Assembly (NCBI GenBank): GCA_965263315.1
Contig: CBDHGZ010000004.1
Span: forward strand, 489,251 to 553,250
Direction: 5' to 3'
DNA: 64,000 nt
Source of the DNA: Lacipirellulaceae bacterium
GTDB taxonomy: Bacteria > Planctomycetota > Planctomycetia > Pirellulales > Lacipirellulaceae
The position numbers and the translations under genes were made by a program. This document shows, in pieces, positions 20,712-33,208 of the stretch. The notes under the pieces were generated by a model. The model made no database searches. It was given only the letters and a program-made list of their open reading frames with translations, and was not told the origin of the DNA. Each line of letters begins with the position of its first letter. Position 1 is the stretch's first letter.

Positions 20712-23399
20712 ATGGCGAAGAAGAGCCCCCGCGGCGCCAAGATGGTCTATTACTTTGGCAAAACCAAGACCGATGGCGACGGTTCGATGAAAACGCTCAT
20801 CGGCGGCAAAGGCGCCAACTTGGCCGAGATGACCTCGATTGGTCTGCCGGTTCCTGCTGGTTTCACCTGCACCACCGAGTGCTGCGATCTGTACTACAAG
20901 CAGGGAGAGAAGCTGCCAAAGGGTTTGATGGATCAGGTCGCTACGGCCGTCAAGACGCTTGAGAAAGAGACCGGCAAGAAGTTTGGCGACAAGAAGGATC
21001 CGCTGTTGGTTTCTGTTCGGTCGGGCGCCGCGGTGTCTATGCCGGGCATGATGAACACGATCTTGAACCTGGGCCTAAACGACGAATCCGTTGCCGGCTT
21101 GGCAAACGCCACTGGCAACGAGCGGTTTGCCTACGATTCCTACCGCCGCCTGATCAACATGTATGGCGATGTCGTGATGGAAGTCCATCACGAGTATTTC
21201 GAAGAAGCCTTCACCAAGATCAAGACCAAGTACGGCGCGGCGGAAGATACCGACGTCCCAACAGAGGGCCTAGTCGAGCTCGTTGAAGCTTACAAGAAGG
21301 TCTACAAGAAGCATACGAAGACCGATTTTCCTCAGGACCCCATCTCGCAGCTTGAGCTGGCCATTGAGGCGGTTTTCAAGAGCTGGATGACCGACAAGGC
21401 CATCAGCTACCGACGGATCGAAGGCATTACCGGCCTGGCGGGTACTGCCGTCAATGTGCAGTCGATGGTCTTCGGCAACATGGGCGATGATTCGGGCACT
21501 GGCGTGGCGTTCACCCGGAACCCCTCGACGGGCGAGAACAAGTTCTACGGCGAGTTCCTGATCAATGCCCAGGGTGAGGACGTGGTGGCTGGCATTCGCA
21601 CGCCTGCCCCGGTCGCCGACATGCCCAAAATCTGGAAGGCGGAAAACGACAAGACAATCGGCAAGAAGGTCCATGCCGAGCTGATGAAGATTAAGACCAA
21701 GCTCGAAAAGCACTACAAAGACGTGCAAGACATCGAGTTCACGATCGAGAAGGGCAAGCTTTACATGCTGCAAACGCGGACTGGTAAGCGAACCGGTCCG
21801 GCTGCAGTACGAATCGCCTGCGAAATGGTCAAAGAAAAGCTGATTCCCGAGAAGACGGGAGTTATGCGGATTCCGCCCAACGACTTGACCCAGCTACTCT
21901 TGCCGTCGTTTGACCCGGCGGCAAAGAAGAAGGCGTCGCCGCTAACCGTAGGTTTGCCGGCGTCCCCTGGCGCCGCGTTCGGAAAGTTGGCGTTCAGCGC
22001 CGATGAGGCAGTTGACCGCGCTCACGAAGGCGAGCAAGTTCTGCTGGTCCGCAAAGAGACCAGTCCCGAAGACGTTGACGGCATGCACTCGGCGGCCGGT
22101 ATTCTCACCAGTACGGGCGGCATGACCAGTCACGCCGCGGTCGTTGCCCGCGGCTGGGGCAAGTGCTGTGTTGCCGGCGCCGGTGACATCGAGATCGACG
22201 AGAAGGGCAAGAAGATTAAGGTCAACGGCAAGACCTACGGCAAGAACGATGTGCTATCGATCGACGGTTCGACGGGCGAAGTCTTCGCCGGCGAGATGCC
22301 CACGGTCGCTCCCAAGTTGTCCGGTAACTTTGCCACCGTCATGGGCTGGGCAGACAAGTACCGAAAGCTTGGTGTCCGCACTAATGCCGATAGCCCGGCC
22401 GATAGCAAGCGAGCTCGGGAGTTTGGCGCCGAGGGGATTGGCCTTTGCCGCACGGAGCACATGTTCTTCGAAGGCGACCGCATCCTCGCCATGCGTGAGA
22501 TGATCTTGGCTGGTAGCTTGGAAGATCGCCAGAAAGCTCTGGCAAAGCTGCTGCCGTTCCAGCGGAAAGACTTTGAAGGCATCTTCAAAGCCATGAAGGG
22601 ACTGCCAGTCACCGTCCGCTTGCTTGACCCTCCGTTGCACGAGTTCCTTCCGCACGATCGCAAGGGACAAGCCGATGTGGCAAGGGTGTTGGGTATCAAG
22701 CCTGCCGAGGTCGAACGCCGGGTTTCGCAGCTGCACGAGATGAACCCCATGCTGGGCCATCGCGGTTGCCGCTTGTCGATTACCTATCCGGAAATCCTCG
22801 TCATGCAGGTCACGGCGATCACCGAAGCGGCGATCAACTGCAAGAAGAAGAACATCGACGCCCGCCCCGAGATCATGATCCCGCTGGTTGGCACCGTGAA
22901 AGAATTGGCATTGCTTCGCAAGCTAGCCGAAGAGACGGTGGCCAACGTGAAGGCCAAGAAGAAGTTCACGGGCAAGCTCGGTGAACTGATCGGCACGATG
23001 ATCGAGATCCCGCGTGCCGCGTTGACAGCCGACGAGGTGGCGACCGAGGCTGACTTCTTCAGCTTTGGCACCAACGACCTCACGCAGATGACCTTTGGCT
23101 ACTCGCGGGACGATGTTAATGGCTTCTTGCCGGACTACATCGGCCAAGAGATTCTTGAGAAGGACCCGTTCCAGTCGCTCGATGCGACGGGCGTAGGCCA
23201 GTTGGTGGCGATGGCCGTCGAAAAGGGCCAATCGGTTAACAAGAAGATCAAGCTTGGCATTTGTGGCGAGCACGGCGGCGATCCGTCGTCGATCGACTTC
23301 TGCCACCAAGTTGGCTTGAACTACGTCAGCTGCAGCCCGTTCCGCGTGCCAATTGCCCGTCTCGCGGCCGCTCAAGCCGCTTTGACTAACGGCAAGTAG
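20712..23399 (+). CDS. ppdK: pyruvate, phosphate dikinase
   Basis: 895 aa with the N-terminal PEP-utilising ATP-grasp region (MVYYFGK...GGKGANLAEM), central phosphohistidine domain (GGMTSHAAVVARGWGK) and C-terminal TIM-barrel (NDLTQMT). Confidence 0.9.
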   Translation: MAKKSPRGAKMVYYFGKTKTDGDGSMKTLIGGKGANLAEMTSIGLPVPAGFTCTTECCDLYYKQGEKLPKGLMDQVATAVKTLEKETGKKFGDKKDPLLVSVRSGAAVSMPGMMNTILNLGLNDESVAGLANATGNERFAYDSYRRLINMYGDVVMEVHHEYFEEAFTKIKTKYGAAEDTDVPTEGLVELVEAYKKVYKKHTKTDFPQDPISQLELAIEAVFKSWMTDKAISYRRIEGITGLAGTAVNVQSMVFGNMGDDSGTGVAFTRNPSTGENKFYGEFLINAQGEDVVAGIRTPAPVADMPKIWKAENDKTIGKKVHAELMKIKTKLEKHYKDVQDIEFTIEKGKLYMLQTRTGKRTGPAAVRIACEMVKEKLIPEKTGVMRIPPNDLTQLLLPSFDPAAKKKASPLTVGLPASPGAAFGKLAFSADEAVDRAHEGEQVLLVRKETSPEDVDGMHSAAGILTSTGGMTSHAAVVARGWGKCCVAGAGDIEIDEKGKKIKVNGKTYGKNDVLSIDGSTGEVFAGEMPTVAPKLSGNFATVMGWADKYRKLGVRTNADSPADSKRAREFGAEGIGLCRTEHMFFEGDRILAMREMILAGSLEDRQKALAKLLPFQRKDFEGIFKAMKGLPVTVRLLDPPLHEFLPHDRKGQADVARVLGIKPAEVERRVSQLHEMNPMLGHRGCRLSITYPEILVMQVTAITEAAINCKKKNIDARPEIMIPLVGTVKELALLRKLAEETVANVKAKKKFTGKLGELIGTMIEIPRAALTADEVATEADFFSFGTNDLTQMTFGYSRDDVNGFLPDYIGQEILEKDPFQSLDATGVGQLVAMAVEKGQSVNKKIKLGICGEHGGDPSSIDFCHQVGLNYVSCSPFRVPIARLAAAQAALTNGK

Positions 23400-23443
23400 G
23401 TCCTGAGTGCCTTAGATCTCAGCGAACCTTGAGATGACAACCA

Positions 23444-23486
23444 GAACCCCGCCATCGGTAAGTGCCGGTGGCGGGGTTTCTTTTTT
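23444..23486 (+). terminator. rho-independent terminator downstream of ppdK
   Basis: Perfect 10-bp stem AACCCCGCCA/TGGCGGGGTT with a 14-nt loop, followed by TTTCTTTTTT. Confidence 0.7.
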
Positions 23487-23493
23487 GGACCGG

Positions 23494-24351
23494 TTAGCCT
23501 GCCTTGCGACGCGTCTCGGGCGTAGCAGGCTCGGTGTCGGCGTCGTGAATCACCCGTATGGTGGCGCCGGGTGGTGTCCGGCGTTCGCGGACGAATCCTC
23601 GTTCGCCTTCGCGGAAGAAGGACGCATAGTCCGCCGCAGGGCCGTCGGAGAATTCCGTCTCAAGGGCCGCCAGCCGGCTTTCCAGCGAAAGCCCACTGCG
23701 ATAGATCAATTGGTAGGCGGCCTTAATGTTGCGAATATCCTGCAGATCGAAGCCGGCTCGGCGAAGGCCGACTTTGTTGAGGCCCACCACGGCTCCGCTG
23801 CCGCCATCGATCATGACAAACGGGGGAATGTCCTGCGTGACACGAGCCATGCCACCAACCATGGCGACCCGACCGACGCGACAGAACTGATGAATGGCCG
23901 CCCCACCGCCCAGGTAGGCCCGTTCGCCGACGGTGACGTGTCCAGCAATCATCACGTTGTTCGTCAGCACCACGCGGTCCTCAATCACGCAGTCGTGCGC
24001 TACGTGCGAGGCCACCATCAGCAGGCAATCGCTGCCGATGCGCGTTTGCCCCCCCGCGGTCATGGCCCGGTGAACGGTGACGTTCTCGCGGATGATGTTG
24101 CGGTCGCCGATAAACAGCGGTCCTGGTGACTCGATCCGCTTGAGGTGCTGGGGCAAACCGCCAAGGACAACGCCTTCGCCCACTATGTTATCGGCTCCCA
24201 GCGTGACGCCCTCTTTGATGGTGGCTCGGGAAGCGATCTGGCAGCCGGGACCGATGACGGCTCCAGCTTCGATCACGGAGAAGGGGCCTATTTCGACTCC
24301 CGGGCCGAGCTGGGCCGCGGGGTGAACCATGGCGAGCGGGTCGATCAGCAC
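23494..24351 (-). CDS. lpxA: acyl-ACP--UDP-N-acetylglucosamine O-acyltransferase
   Basis: Left-handed beta-helix hexapeptide repeats over about 190 aa plus the LpxA C-terminal helical domain; 285 aa with a short C-terminal extension. Confidence 0.85.
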   Translation of the reverse strand: MLIDPLAMVHPAAQLGPGVEIGPFSVIEAGAVIGPGCQIASRATIKEGVTLGADNIVGEGVVLGGLPQHLKRIESPGPLFIGDRNIIRENVTVHRAMTAGGQTRIGSDCLLMVASHVAHDCVIEDRVVLTNNVMIAGHVTVGERAYLGGGAAIHQFCRVGRVAMVGGMARVTQDIPPFVMIDGGSGAVVGLNKVGLRRAGFDLQDIRNIKAAYQLIYRSGLSLESRLAALETEFSDGPAADYASFFREGERGFVRERRTPPGATIRVIHDADTEPATPETRRKAG

Positions 24352-24690
24352 GTTGGGTCCTTCCAGCTGCGCAAGCCACGGCCGGCTGGGGCGAAAAGCG
24401 TTGCGGGGCGCTCGTCGCTACCAGAAAATGGCCGATGGCTCGAGGGTGGCCGACTCTCGGGTCGCCTGCGTAGGCGGTACCGAATGGTGGTCGGCTGAAG
24501 CGAGTTTCCACCAGACCGTGGTATCGGCCTTTTCGGCAATGCTGGCTTAGCCGGAGATGCCGATTCTGCAGACATGCGCGCCGTGCCATGCTAGCAACCC
24601 CATGGCCCCGCCCCTACTTTTGCCTACAATCAGCGTGTAGATCGAACCCGCGCTCGGCGCCACTCTCCCCCTTACTGCTAGGCAAGTACG

Positions 24691-25038
24691 ATGCCCTCGA
24701 CAACGGAACTCTACGACGAAGCTGACAAGCTCAAGGACGCCGGCGACCTGGACGGCGCCGTGGAAAAGCTAAAGGCGGCGCTTGAGATGGACGCCAACTA
24801 CGCGCTGGCACATTCTGCACTGGCCGTCGTCGAGCAGCGGCGTGGCAATCACGAGATCGCCATCTCTCATGCCAAGAAGGTAACGGAACTTCAGCCAGAC
24901 GACGCCTTCAGCTTTACCGCTCTGAGCGTCACTTACCAACGGGCTTACGCGGGGATGGGCGAGATGAGCTACATCCAACTGGCCGAGGACGCCATGGCGA
25001 AAAGCCGCGATGTGCAGATGGCGCAACAGCAACAGTAG
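24691..25038 (+). CDS. small tetratricopeptide-repeat protein
   Basis: 115 aa; TPR-like helical repeats (DLDGAVEKLKAALEMDANYALAHSALAVV...). Confidence 0.55.
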   Translation: MPSTTELYDEADKLKDAGDLDGAVEKLKAALEMDANYALAHSALAVVEQRRGNHEIAISHAKKVTELQPDDAFSFTALSVTYQRAYAGMGEMSYIQLAEDAMAKSRDVQMAQQQQ

Positions 25039-25063
25039 CGTCTTAGCGTCAGCAACGAGCCGT

Positions 25064-25104
25064 AAACAAGAAAGCAGGGTGAAGGCCATCGAGCCTTCAC
25101 CCTG
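25064..25104. terminator. bidirectional rho-independent terminator between convergent genes
   Basis: 13-bp stem GCAGGGTGAAGGC/GCCTTCACCCTGC, 6-nt loop, T-run on the plus strand (TGTTTTTTG) and a T-rich run on the complement. Confidence 0.7.
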
Positions 25105-25133
25105 CTGTTTTTTGATCGATCTTTGGTGAGCGT

Positions 25134-25556
25134 TTAGGCGCCTGCCTTGCCGCCGACGACGCGTTTTTGGACGTCTGTCTCAAGCACGCCAAAAGCCTGC
25201 TCGTGCCGCTGCACGCTCAGGTGCAGAGCTTGCAGCATACGCTTAGCGGTGTAGTAGTTAGTGACGATCCGCTGCTTTACCTGTACCGGTTCGGTGGGCA
25301 CGCCGTAGGGCTGCGAGTTGAGACCGAAGTCGAGGATCAATTCCTCGGGAGTACCCGTTACGCGGCAGAAGTTTGCGTAACTGCAAAGCGCTTCTTTGTC
25401 CTGGACTTCGACGCGCTGACGTTGAGCCTGTTGCGGGCCACCCTCAGGGGCCGGGACGGCTTCAGGGATCTCTGGTGCGTCTTGGTTTTCCGGTGTGTCG
25501 GCCACGATACGGTTCCCCTGGTGATTCTGATGGCCCTGTGGCGGGCCGTTAGTCAA
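25134..25556 (-). CDS. DUF3467 domain protein
   Basis: C-terminal ...CSYANFCRVTGTPEELILDFG... matches the DUF3467 core; N-terminal Pro/Gln-rich low-complexity region. Confidence 0.6.
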   Translation of the reverse strand: MTNGPPQGHQNHQGNRIVADTPENQDAPEIPEAVPAPEGGPQQAQRQRVEVQDKEALCSYANFCRVTGTPEELILDFGLNSQPYGVPTEPVQVKQRIVTNYYTAKRMLQALHLSVQRHEQAFGVLETDVQKRVVGGKAGA

Positions 25557-25671
25557 TCCATGATTGTCGTGCTGTTCTGGTCACGATCCTGCGTGACCTC
25601 CGAAGCCTTGAATCTAAGGCAAGGATTGCGGTTGAGCTATCCCCCATTACTGCCAACTCAGCTTGCCCTGT

Positions 25672-26355
25672 TTACGTACCAGCAGTTTCGTTGCGGCGAA
25701 GGCTGAGGATGACGCTTGTTGAATCCGTCCGGGGGGTTAGGTACTCAGCCACTTTGCGAAGCTCCAGGTGAGTCATCAGCCCATGATGGCGTGCTTCGGC
25801 TCGCTCCTCGGGCCAGGACCGGCCCTTGATCAGCAGGAGCCGGTCAAAGCCTTCCCAGCGGTCCTGCAGCCACCACAGCATCTTACGCATCGGAGCCACG
25901 GCTCTGGCTACCAGCGTATCGAAGGGCGCCGCTTCAAGTAGGTCTTCGACCCGTACCGCGTGGACCGGTGTATCCAGGCCCAATTGCTCGACCATTTCCG
26001 CCAGTGCAGCGGCTTTTTTCTTTACTGACTCGCACAGGCTCATCCTTAGGTCCGGCCGTACGATCGCCAGCACAATGCCGGGCACGCCGCCGCCAGAGCC
26101 CACATCCAAGACCCGTTCGCCACGTTCCAACAGCTTGGCCAGCTCCAGGCTGTCCGCAACATCGCGGGTGACAAACTTCTCAAGCGTGGTGTGCCGAGTG
26201 AGATTCATCCGCTCATTCCAAGCCCAAAGCAATTTGCGGTACGAGTCGAGCTGCTCGACCTGCTCAGGCGGCAGATCGATCCCGGCACGTTCCAGTGCGT
26301 GTGGCAAGGATGTCGGTTCGATGTTATCAGCAGCGGCTGGCAGCGGTTCAGTCAC
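25672..26355 (-). CDS. rsmG: 16S rRNA (guanine527-N7)-methyltransferase
   Basis: 227 aa; SAM-binding VLDVGSGGGVPGIVLAI and the RsmG/GidB family architecture. Confidence 0.85.
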   Translation of the reverse strand: MTEPLPAAADNIEPTSLPHALERAGIDLPPEQVEQLDSYRKLLWAWNERMNLTRHTTLEKFVTRDVADSLELAKLLERGERVLDVGSGGGVPGIVLAIVRPDLRMSLCESVKKKAAALAEMVEQLGLDTPVHAVRVEDLLEAAPFDTLVARAVAPMRKMLWWLQDRWEGFDRLLLIKGRSWPEERAEARHHGLMTHLELRKVAEYLTPRTDSTSVILSLRRNETAGT

Positions 26356-26462
26356 AGGGCCTCGGAGGTAGGGGTGAACTTGTAGCGAGGGTTAAGTATC
26401 TTGCTTTGTTCTACCGTTGACCAGATGGCACGCGAAGTCATCGTTTCCCGCACCTTAAGTCT

Positions 26463-27398
26463 TTGCCTGCTACGACCGCTGTGTTTGGCCTGATCAATCT
26501 CCACAAGACGAAGGGTATGACCTCGCGAGACGCGGTCAATCGTGTCCAGTGGTTGGTGCGCCGCGCCCAGGGCCAGGATGGCCAGCTGGCGCCCAAGCGA
26601 ACCAGTAGCAAAGTGGGCCACGCGGGGACACTCGATCCCATAGCCACTGGTGTGCTGGTGATCTGCATTGGGCCCGCTACGCGCTTGATCGAGCACCTGC
26701 AGCGAATGCCCAAACAGTATCGGGGCACGTTTCTGCTTGGGCAGCGAAGTCCTAGCGACGATGTCGAGCTGGAGCCTGAGCACTTGGTCGATCCGCCCAT
26801 TCCAGGTTGGACCGCTATCGAAGACGCTGCCACTAATTTCTTGGGCCAGATCCAGCAAACGCCACCGGCGTACTCGGCCATCAAGATCGACGGCCAAAAA
26901 GCCTACGACCTTGCCCGCAGCGGAGCCACGGTCGAGATGAAGCCTCGGCCGGTCACGATCCACCAGATCGACGTCGTCCGATACGAATATCCTGAGCTCG
27001 TGCTGGACATTATCTGCGGAAGCGGCACGTATATTCGATCGCTAGGACGCGACTTGGCCCAATCGCTCGGGACGGCCGCCGTGATGAGCGAACTGCAGCG
27101 GACTGCCATCGGGCAGTTTACGCTGGACAACGCCGTGTTGCCGTCCGAGTTGAACGAGGAAACCTTTGCCAACGCACTGCTGCCGCCTGACCTGGCGGTG
27201 GCCGACGCCCAACGCGTTAATCTCACAGCCGAAGAGGTCGAACTCATTCGCAGCGGCCGACCCATCGAACCGCGCCAAGAACTAACGCCCCGTGAGTTAG
27301 CGATGTTCACCCCCGATGGCGCTCTATTGGCCCTCGGTAAGCGAAAACGCGGCGGCCTTGTTTGGCCTGTTCGGGTGCTTGCCGATCAGCGTCAGTAA
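26463..27398 (+). CDS. truB: tRNA pseudouridine(55) synthase
   Basis: GLINLHKTKGMTSRD ... GHAGTLDPIATGVLVICIG catalytic-Asp motif. Uses a TTG start at 26463. Confidence 0.85.
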   Translation: MPATTAVFGLINLHKTKGMTSRDAVNRVQWLVRRAQGQDGQLAPKRTSSKVGHAGTLDPIATGVLVICIGPATRLIEHLQRMPKQYRGTFLLGQRSPSDDVELEPEHLVDPPIPGWTAIEDAATNFLGQIQQTPPAYSAIKIDGQKAYDLARSGATVEMKPRPVTIHQIDVVRYEYPELVLDIICGSGTYIRSLGRDLAQSLGTAAVMSELQRTAIGQFTLDNAVLPSELNEETFANALLPPDLAVADAQRVNLTAEEVELIRSGRPIEPRQELTPRELAMFTPDGALLALGKRKRGGLVWPVRVLADQRQ

Positions 27399-27700
27399 GC
27401 CCTCCGGCGTGGGGGGCCCAGCCCTCAGCTGAGCCTTAGTCCCGGTGCCGATTCGAACCGATCCGTTTCGGTGGTTCCTAGAGATCGGCCAACGTCGCTC
27501 TGCGGAGGGCGCGATTAGAGCGATCGTACCTGCGAGTCGGTTTAGCGGGCTCGCGAGATTCACTCGGGTGCTAGCGTCATGTTTGACTCGTGTCATGTTG
27601 TGACCTAAGTGCGGTCGAACTTCTTGGATGACGGGGCGATGTGCGCGCTTGCGCTGGCTGTCCCGGAGTCCTGGCCCCCGAATCCTCCTTATGCCCGATC

Positions 27701-30558
<2,858 letters not shown>

Positions 30559-30695
30559 GTTCAGAAATTGGCCTCCTACGCGACAGAATCGCTAGATTCG
30601 TCGCTCATCGTGAAGTACCCTTGAGAAGAGACAGGGCAAACGCTGCCAACGCGGCTGTGTTTGGACTGACTGACCAATGCCTCATGGGGAATACG

Positions 30696-31187
30696 ATGCC
30701 TGCCCGTAGTTTGCTGCTTGCTGTGACTGTTCTGTCGACTTCCGTTGCCGCCATTCTGCCGGCGGCGTTTGCGCAGGAGGACACCTCGGTTGTTGTTTCG
30801 GTCCAGGGCCCTACCCTAGCGGCGCCAGCTGCTGAAACGGTCGTCGAGTACACGCCGCATGTCGTGGCGGCTCCCGTTGTACCCGCGGTAGAGTGTTGTC
30901 CGATAGAAGTGCTCCGCGAAGTCGCAACCTTCTCGGCCAAGCGCGCTTACCGCTGCTACGGCGCCCCGGTCCATACCGTGTTGTGTGTCGACAACCCGGC
31001 CGACTGCTGCAAAAAGTTGTTCAGCGTGCCGGTCTGCGTGCCAGCATGCTGTCTCGACACGCCGGTTTGCGTCGACTCACGTGTCGGCCTGTTGGGCCGT
31101 GGGCATGTGGTCTATCGATGGAAGTGTGGTTTCGAGGCCGTCATCACCTTCCGGGTCCACGGCGGCGCACTGATCGCCTATCGCTAA
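30696..31187 (+). CDS. secreted cysteine-rich hypothetical protein
   Basis: Signal peptide MPARSLLLAVTVLSTSVAAILPAAFA followed by a mature region with about 14 Cys in CC / CxxxxC arrangements. Start could also be the ATG at 30684. Confidence 0.5.
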   Translation: MPARSLLLAVTVLSTSVAAILPAAFAQEDTSVVVSVQGPTLAAPAAETVVEYTPHVVAAPVVPAVECCPIEVLREVATFSAKRAYRCYGAPVHTVLCVDNPADCCKKLFSVPVCVPACCLDTPVCVDSRVGLLGRGHVVYRWKCGFEAVITFRVHGGALIAYR

Positions 31188-31199
31188 GTACCACTTCGG

Positions 31200-32801
31200 C
31201 TACTTGTCTGCTGGTGGCTTGCTGACCATCGAATCGAGCATCGTCCCGATTAGGGCCGTGGTCTGCGCGTCGCTGCTATCCGACTCGCTGGCGCCTTGGC
31301 CGACAACCATGACGCGTGGCGTGATGCTAATGCCACTGTCGCCAACTACCTTAAGCACTTCGACCAGAGCGGCATTGCCTTTGCCGATTTGCTCGGCAAT
31401 CAGCTGGTAGGCAGCCGCTTGGGCCTCGGCTTGAATACGAACGGCTTCGGCCTCGGCACCCGCCTCGATAATCCGACGCTCTTTGGCTTGCTCAGAGATC
31501 TGCACCGCGTACTTTGCCGTGGCCAGCTTCTTCTCCTCTTCCGCCTCCTGCTCGGTGCGAGTCAGTTCCTTCTTTTGTTCAGCAGCCCGCTGCTGCTCCT
31601 TGAAGGTTTCTTGCTCCTGCAGTGCGATCTCGCGGTCAGTCTGGGTCTTGAGCAAAGGTCCCAGTGTCTTCTCGTCGCCCACGTCGCCAATGCGAACGGC
31701 TGTTACCGTAGCGCCGATCTTTGCCATTTCCTCTCGCAGCATCTTGAGCGACTGGCTCTCCTGTAGCGAACGTTGCTGAACATAATCCAGTGCTTTGACG
31801 CCCTCCGCATTGTTGCGGAAGATCGCGCGCACGGCGCTGTTCATGACCGTCCGGAGGCCTTCTTGGTCGTTCCCGACCGTGGCGACTAATAGCGGGGCAT
31901 TGCCCGGCTCGATTTCATATTCCACACGCACATCGACAGGGAAGGTGTAACCGTCAGACGTGCGGACGACGATTTCGCTTTCTTCGTGTTCGCCACTCTT
32001 GGCGACCGTCGCGTCCGTGTAGCGGACAACCTGTTTTCTGGTCGAGATAACAGTGACTTCGAGCGCTCGGGTGTTGAGGTAGTACTGGTCTGGGCGGAGA
32101 GGATCACGCCAGATGCCACGCTGCCCTTTGGCAACCAAACGACTTAGTCGTCCCTGGGACGCCTGCTCACCGTTAGCAGGCAAGTCTGGTCGTCCGCCCA
32201 CGTTGGACTTGACCACGCCAACGGTTGCCTTATCAATGGTCGTGACGGGAGCCAACTCAACGTTGAATAGCTTGGTGTTGATGCGATACGAACCGGGCTT
32301 CAGGACCGAAGTTTGTGGTCCCTTGTAGCCTCCGCCATCCGTCAGATAGTACTTAGCGTCGTCCAGCATCTGGCGCACTTCGCCTGCTTCCCATTCGGGC
32401 GCGTAAGTGGTGTCTGCAGGCAAGGGCTGGCCATCACGGGCATTGAGTAAGCCCACTTGTCCGGCAGGGATATCGATCAGCGGCTCGAAGTCGATATCGT
32501 AGATCCCGGGCCAATAGCCAGGGTGCCAACCGGGACCAAGAATCTTGGCCTGTGGCCCTTTCTCGCCATTGGTGGCGATGATCTTGCCCGGCGGCAGGGA
32601 TTCCACAGCAATGTTCTTGCTAACCAGCCCGATGCTGTCCTCAGCAACATAGCGGAAGGACGCCAGAGCGAATCCTGCCACAATGGCCAACCCAGCGCAG
32701 GCAGCGGCCGCTACCTGCAACTCCGTGCGAGGCGTCTTCACGGCAGCGTAGAGAAGCAGGCCAGCGAGAACTACTCCCGTGAGTAAGAAGATAGCCGACA
32801 T
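31200..32801 (-). CDS. flotillin-like SPFH/band-7 family protein
   Basis: N-terminal TM segments, SPFH domain, long C-terminal coiled-coil rich in E/A/Q (EQQRAAEQKKELTRTEQEAEEEKKLATAKY...); 533 aa. Confidence 0.75.
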   Translation of the reverse strand: MSAIFLLTGVVLAGLLLYAAVKTPRTELQVAAAACAGLAIVAGFALASFRYVAEDSIGLVSKNIAVESLPPGKIIATNGEKGPQAKILGPGWHPGYWPGIYDIDFEPLIDIPAGQVGLLNARDGQPLPADTTYAPEWEAGEVRQMLDDAKYYLTDGGGYKGPQTSVLKPGSYRINTKLFNVELAPVTTIDKATVGVVKSNVGGRPDLPANGEQASQGRLSRLVAKGQRGIWRDPLRPDQYYLNTRALEVTVISTRKQVVRYTDATVAKSGEHEESEIVVRTSDGYTFPVDVRVEYEIEPGNAPLLVATVGNDQEGLRTVMNSAVRAIFRNNAEGVKALDYVQQRSLQESQSLKMLREEMAKIGATVTAVRIGDVGDEKTLGPLLKTQTDREIALQEQETFKEQQRAAEQKKELTRTEQEAEEEKKLATAKYAVQISEQAKERRIIEAGAEAEAVRIQAEAQAAAYQLIAEQIGKGNAALVEVLKVVGDSGISITPRVMVVGQGASESDSSDAQTTALIGTMLDSMVSKPPADK

Positions 32802-33008
32802 AGGATCGCCTTTTTGTAACGGGGGGCTCGGGGCAAACAGCTCTCGCGAACCTGGCGCTGGGGCCAGGGTCCTACAACCGTACCACCGAAAGCACGGTGA
32901 CGTTGAGAGACCCTTCGCTAAGGCTGGCTCGATCTTGGCCCAGACGTTGACACTTGCCGAGCGCAGGCGTTATTCTCGACACAATTGGCTCAGAATGAGA
33001 CAGGCAGC

Positions 33009-33065
33009 ATGAACGGTCTTCACCCCCGCCGCGAGATCATTATTGTCCGGGATCAACGGTCCTAG
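33009..33065 (+). CDS. candidate 18-aa leader peptide MNGLHPRREIIIVRDQRS (Ile/Val-rich) of a cimA attenuator
   Basis: Small ORF with three consecutive Ile codons plus Val, located 144 nt upstream of cimA and 30 nt upstream of a terminator hairpin. Confidence 0.4.
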   Translation: MNGLHPRREIIIVRDQRS

Positions 33066-33094
33066 GGCACCGCGGCAAAAGAACGTCCAACGCC

Positions 33095-33132
33095 AGCCCT
33101 GAGGCCGATCAAAGCCTCAGGGCGTTTTTGTT
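33095..33132 (+). terminator. intrinsic terminator / attenuator hairpin in the cimA leader
   Basis: 10-bp stem GCCCTGAGGC/GCCTCAGGGC, 8-nt loop, followed by GTTTTTGTTT; lies between the uORF and the cimA start. Confidence 0.55.
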
Positions 33133-33208
33133 TAAAGGCTGTTAGCGGTTTGCCGTTGGCTGATACGGACCCTCGCTAATGGCTCACCGCTAACCGTAGC
33201 AAGCCGCC

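Noticed and set aside
27440-27475. GGTTCGAATCGG-like T-loop fragment (on the minus strand) suggesting a tRNA between truB and ftsK
   Set aside because: A complete cloverleaf (acceptor, D and anticodon arms) could not be built around it in either orientation. Probably a chance match or a decayed remnant.
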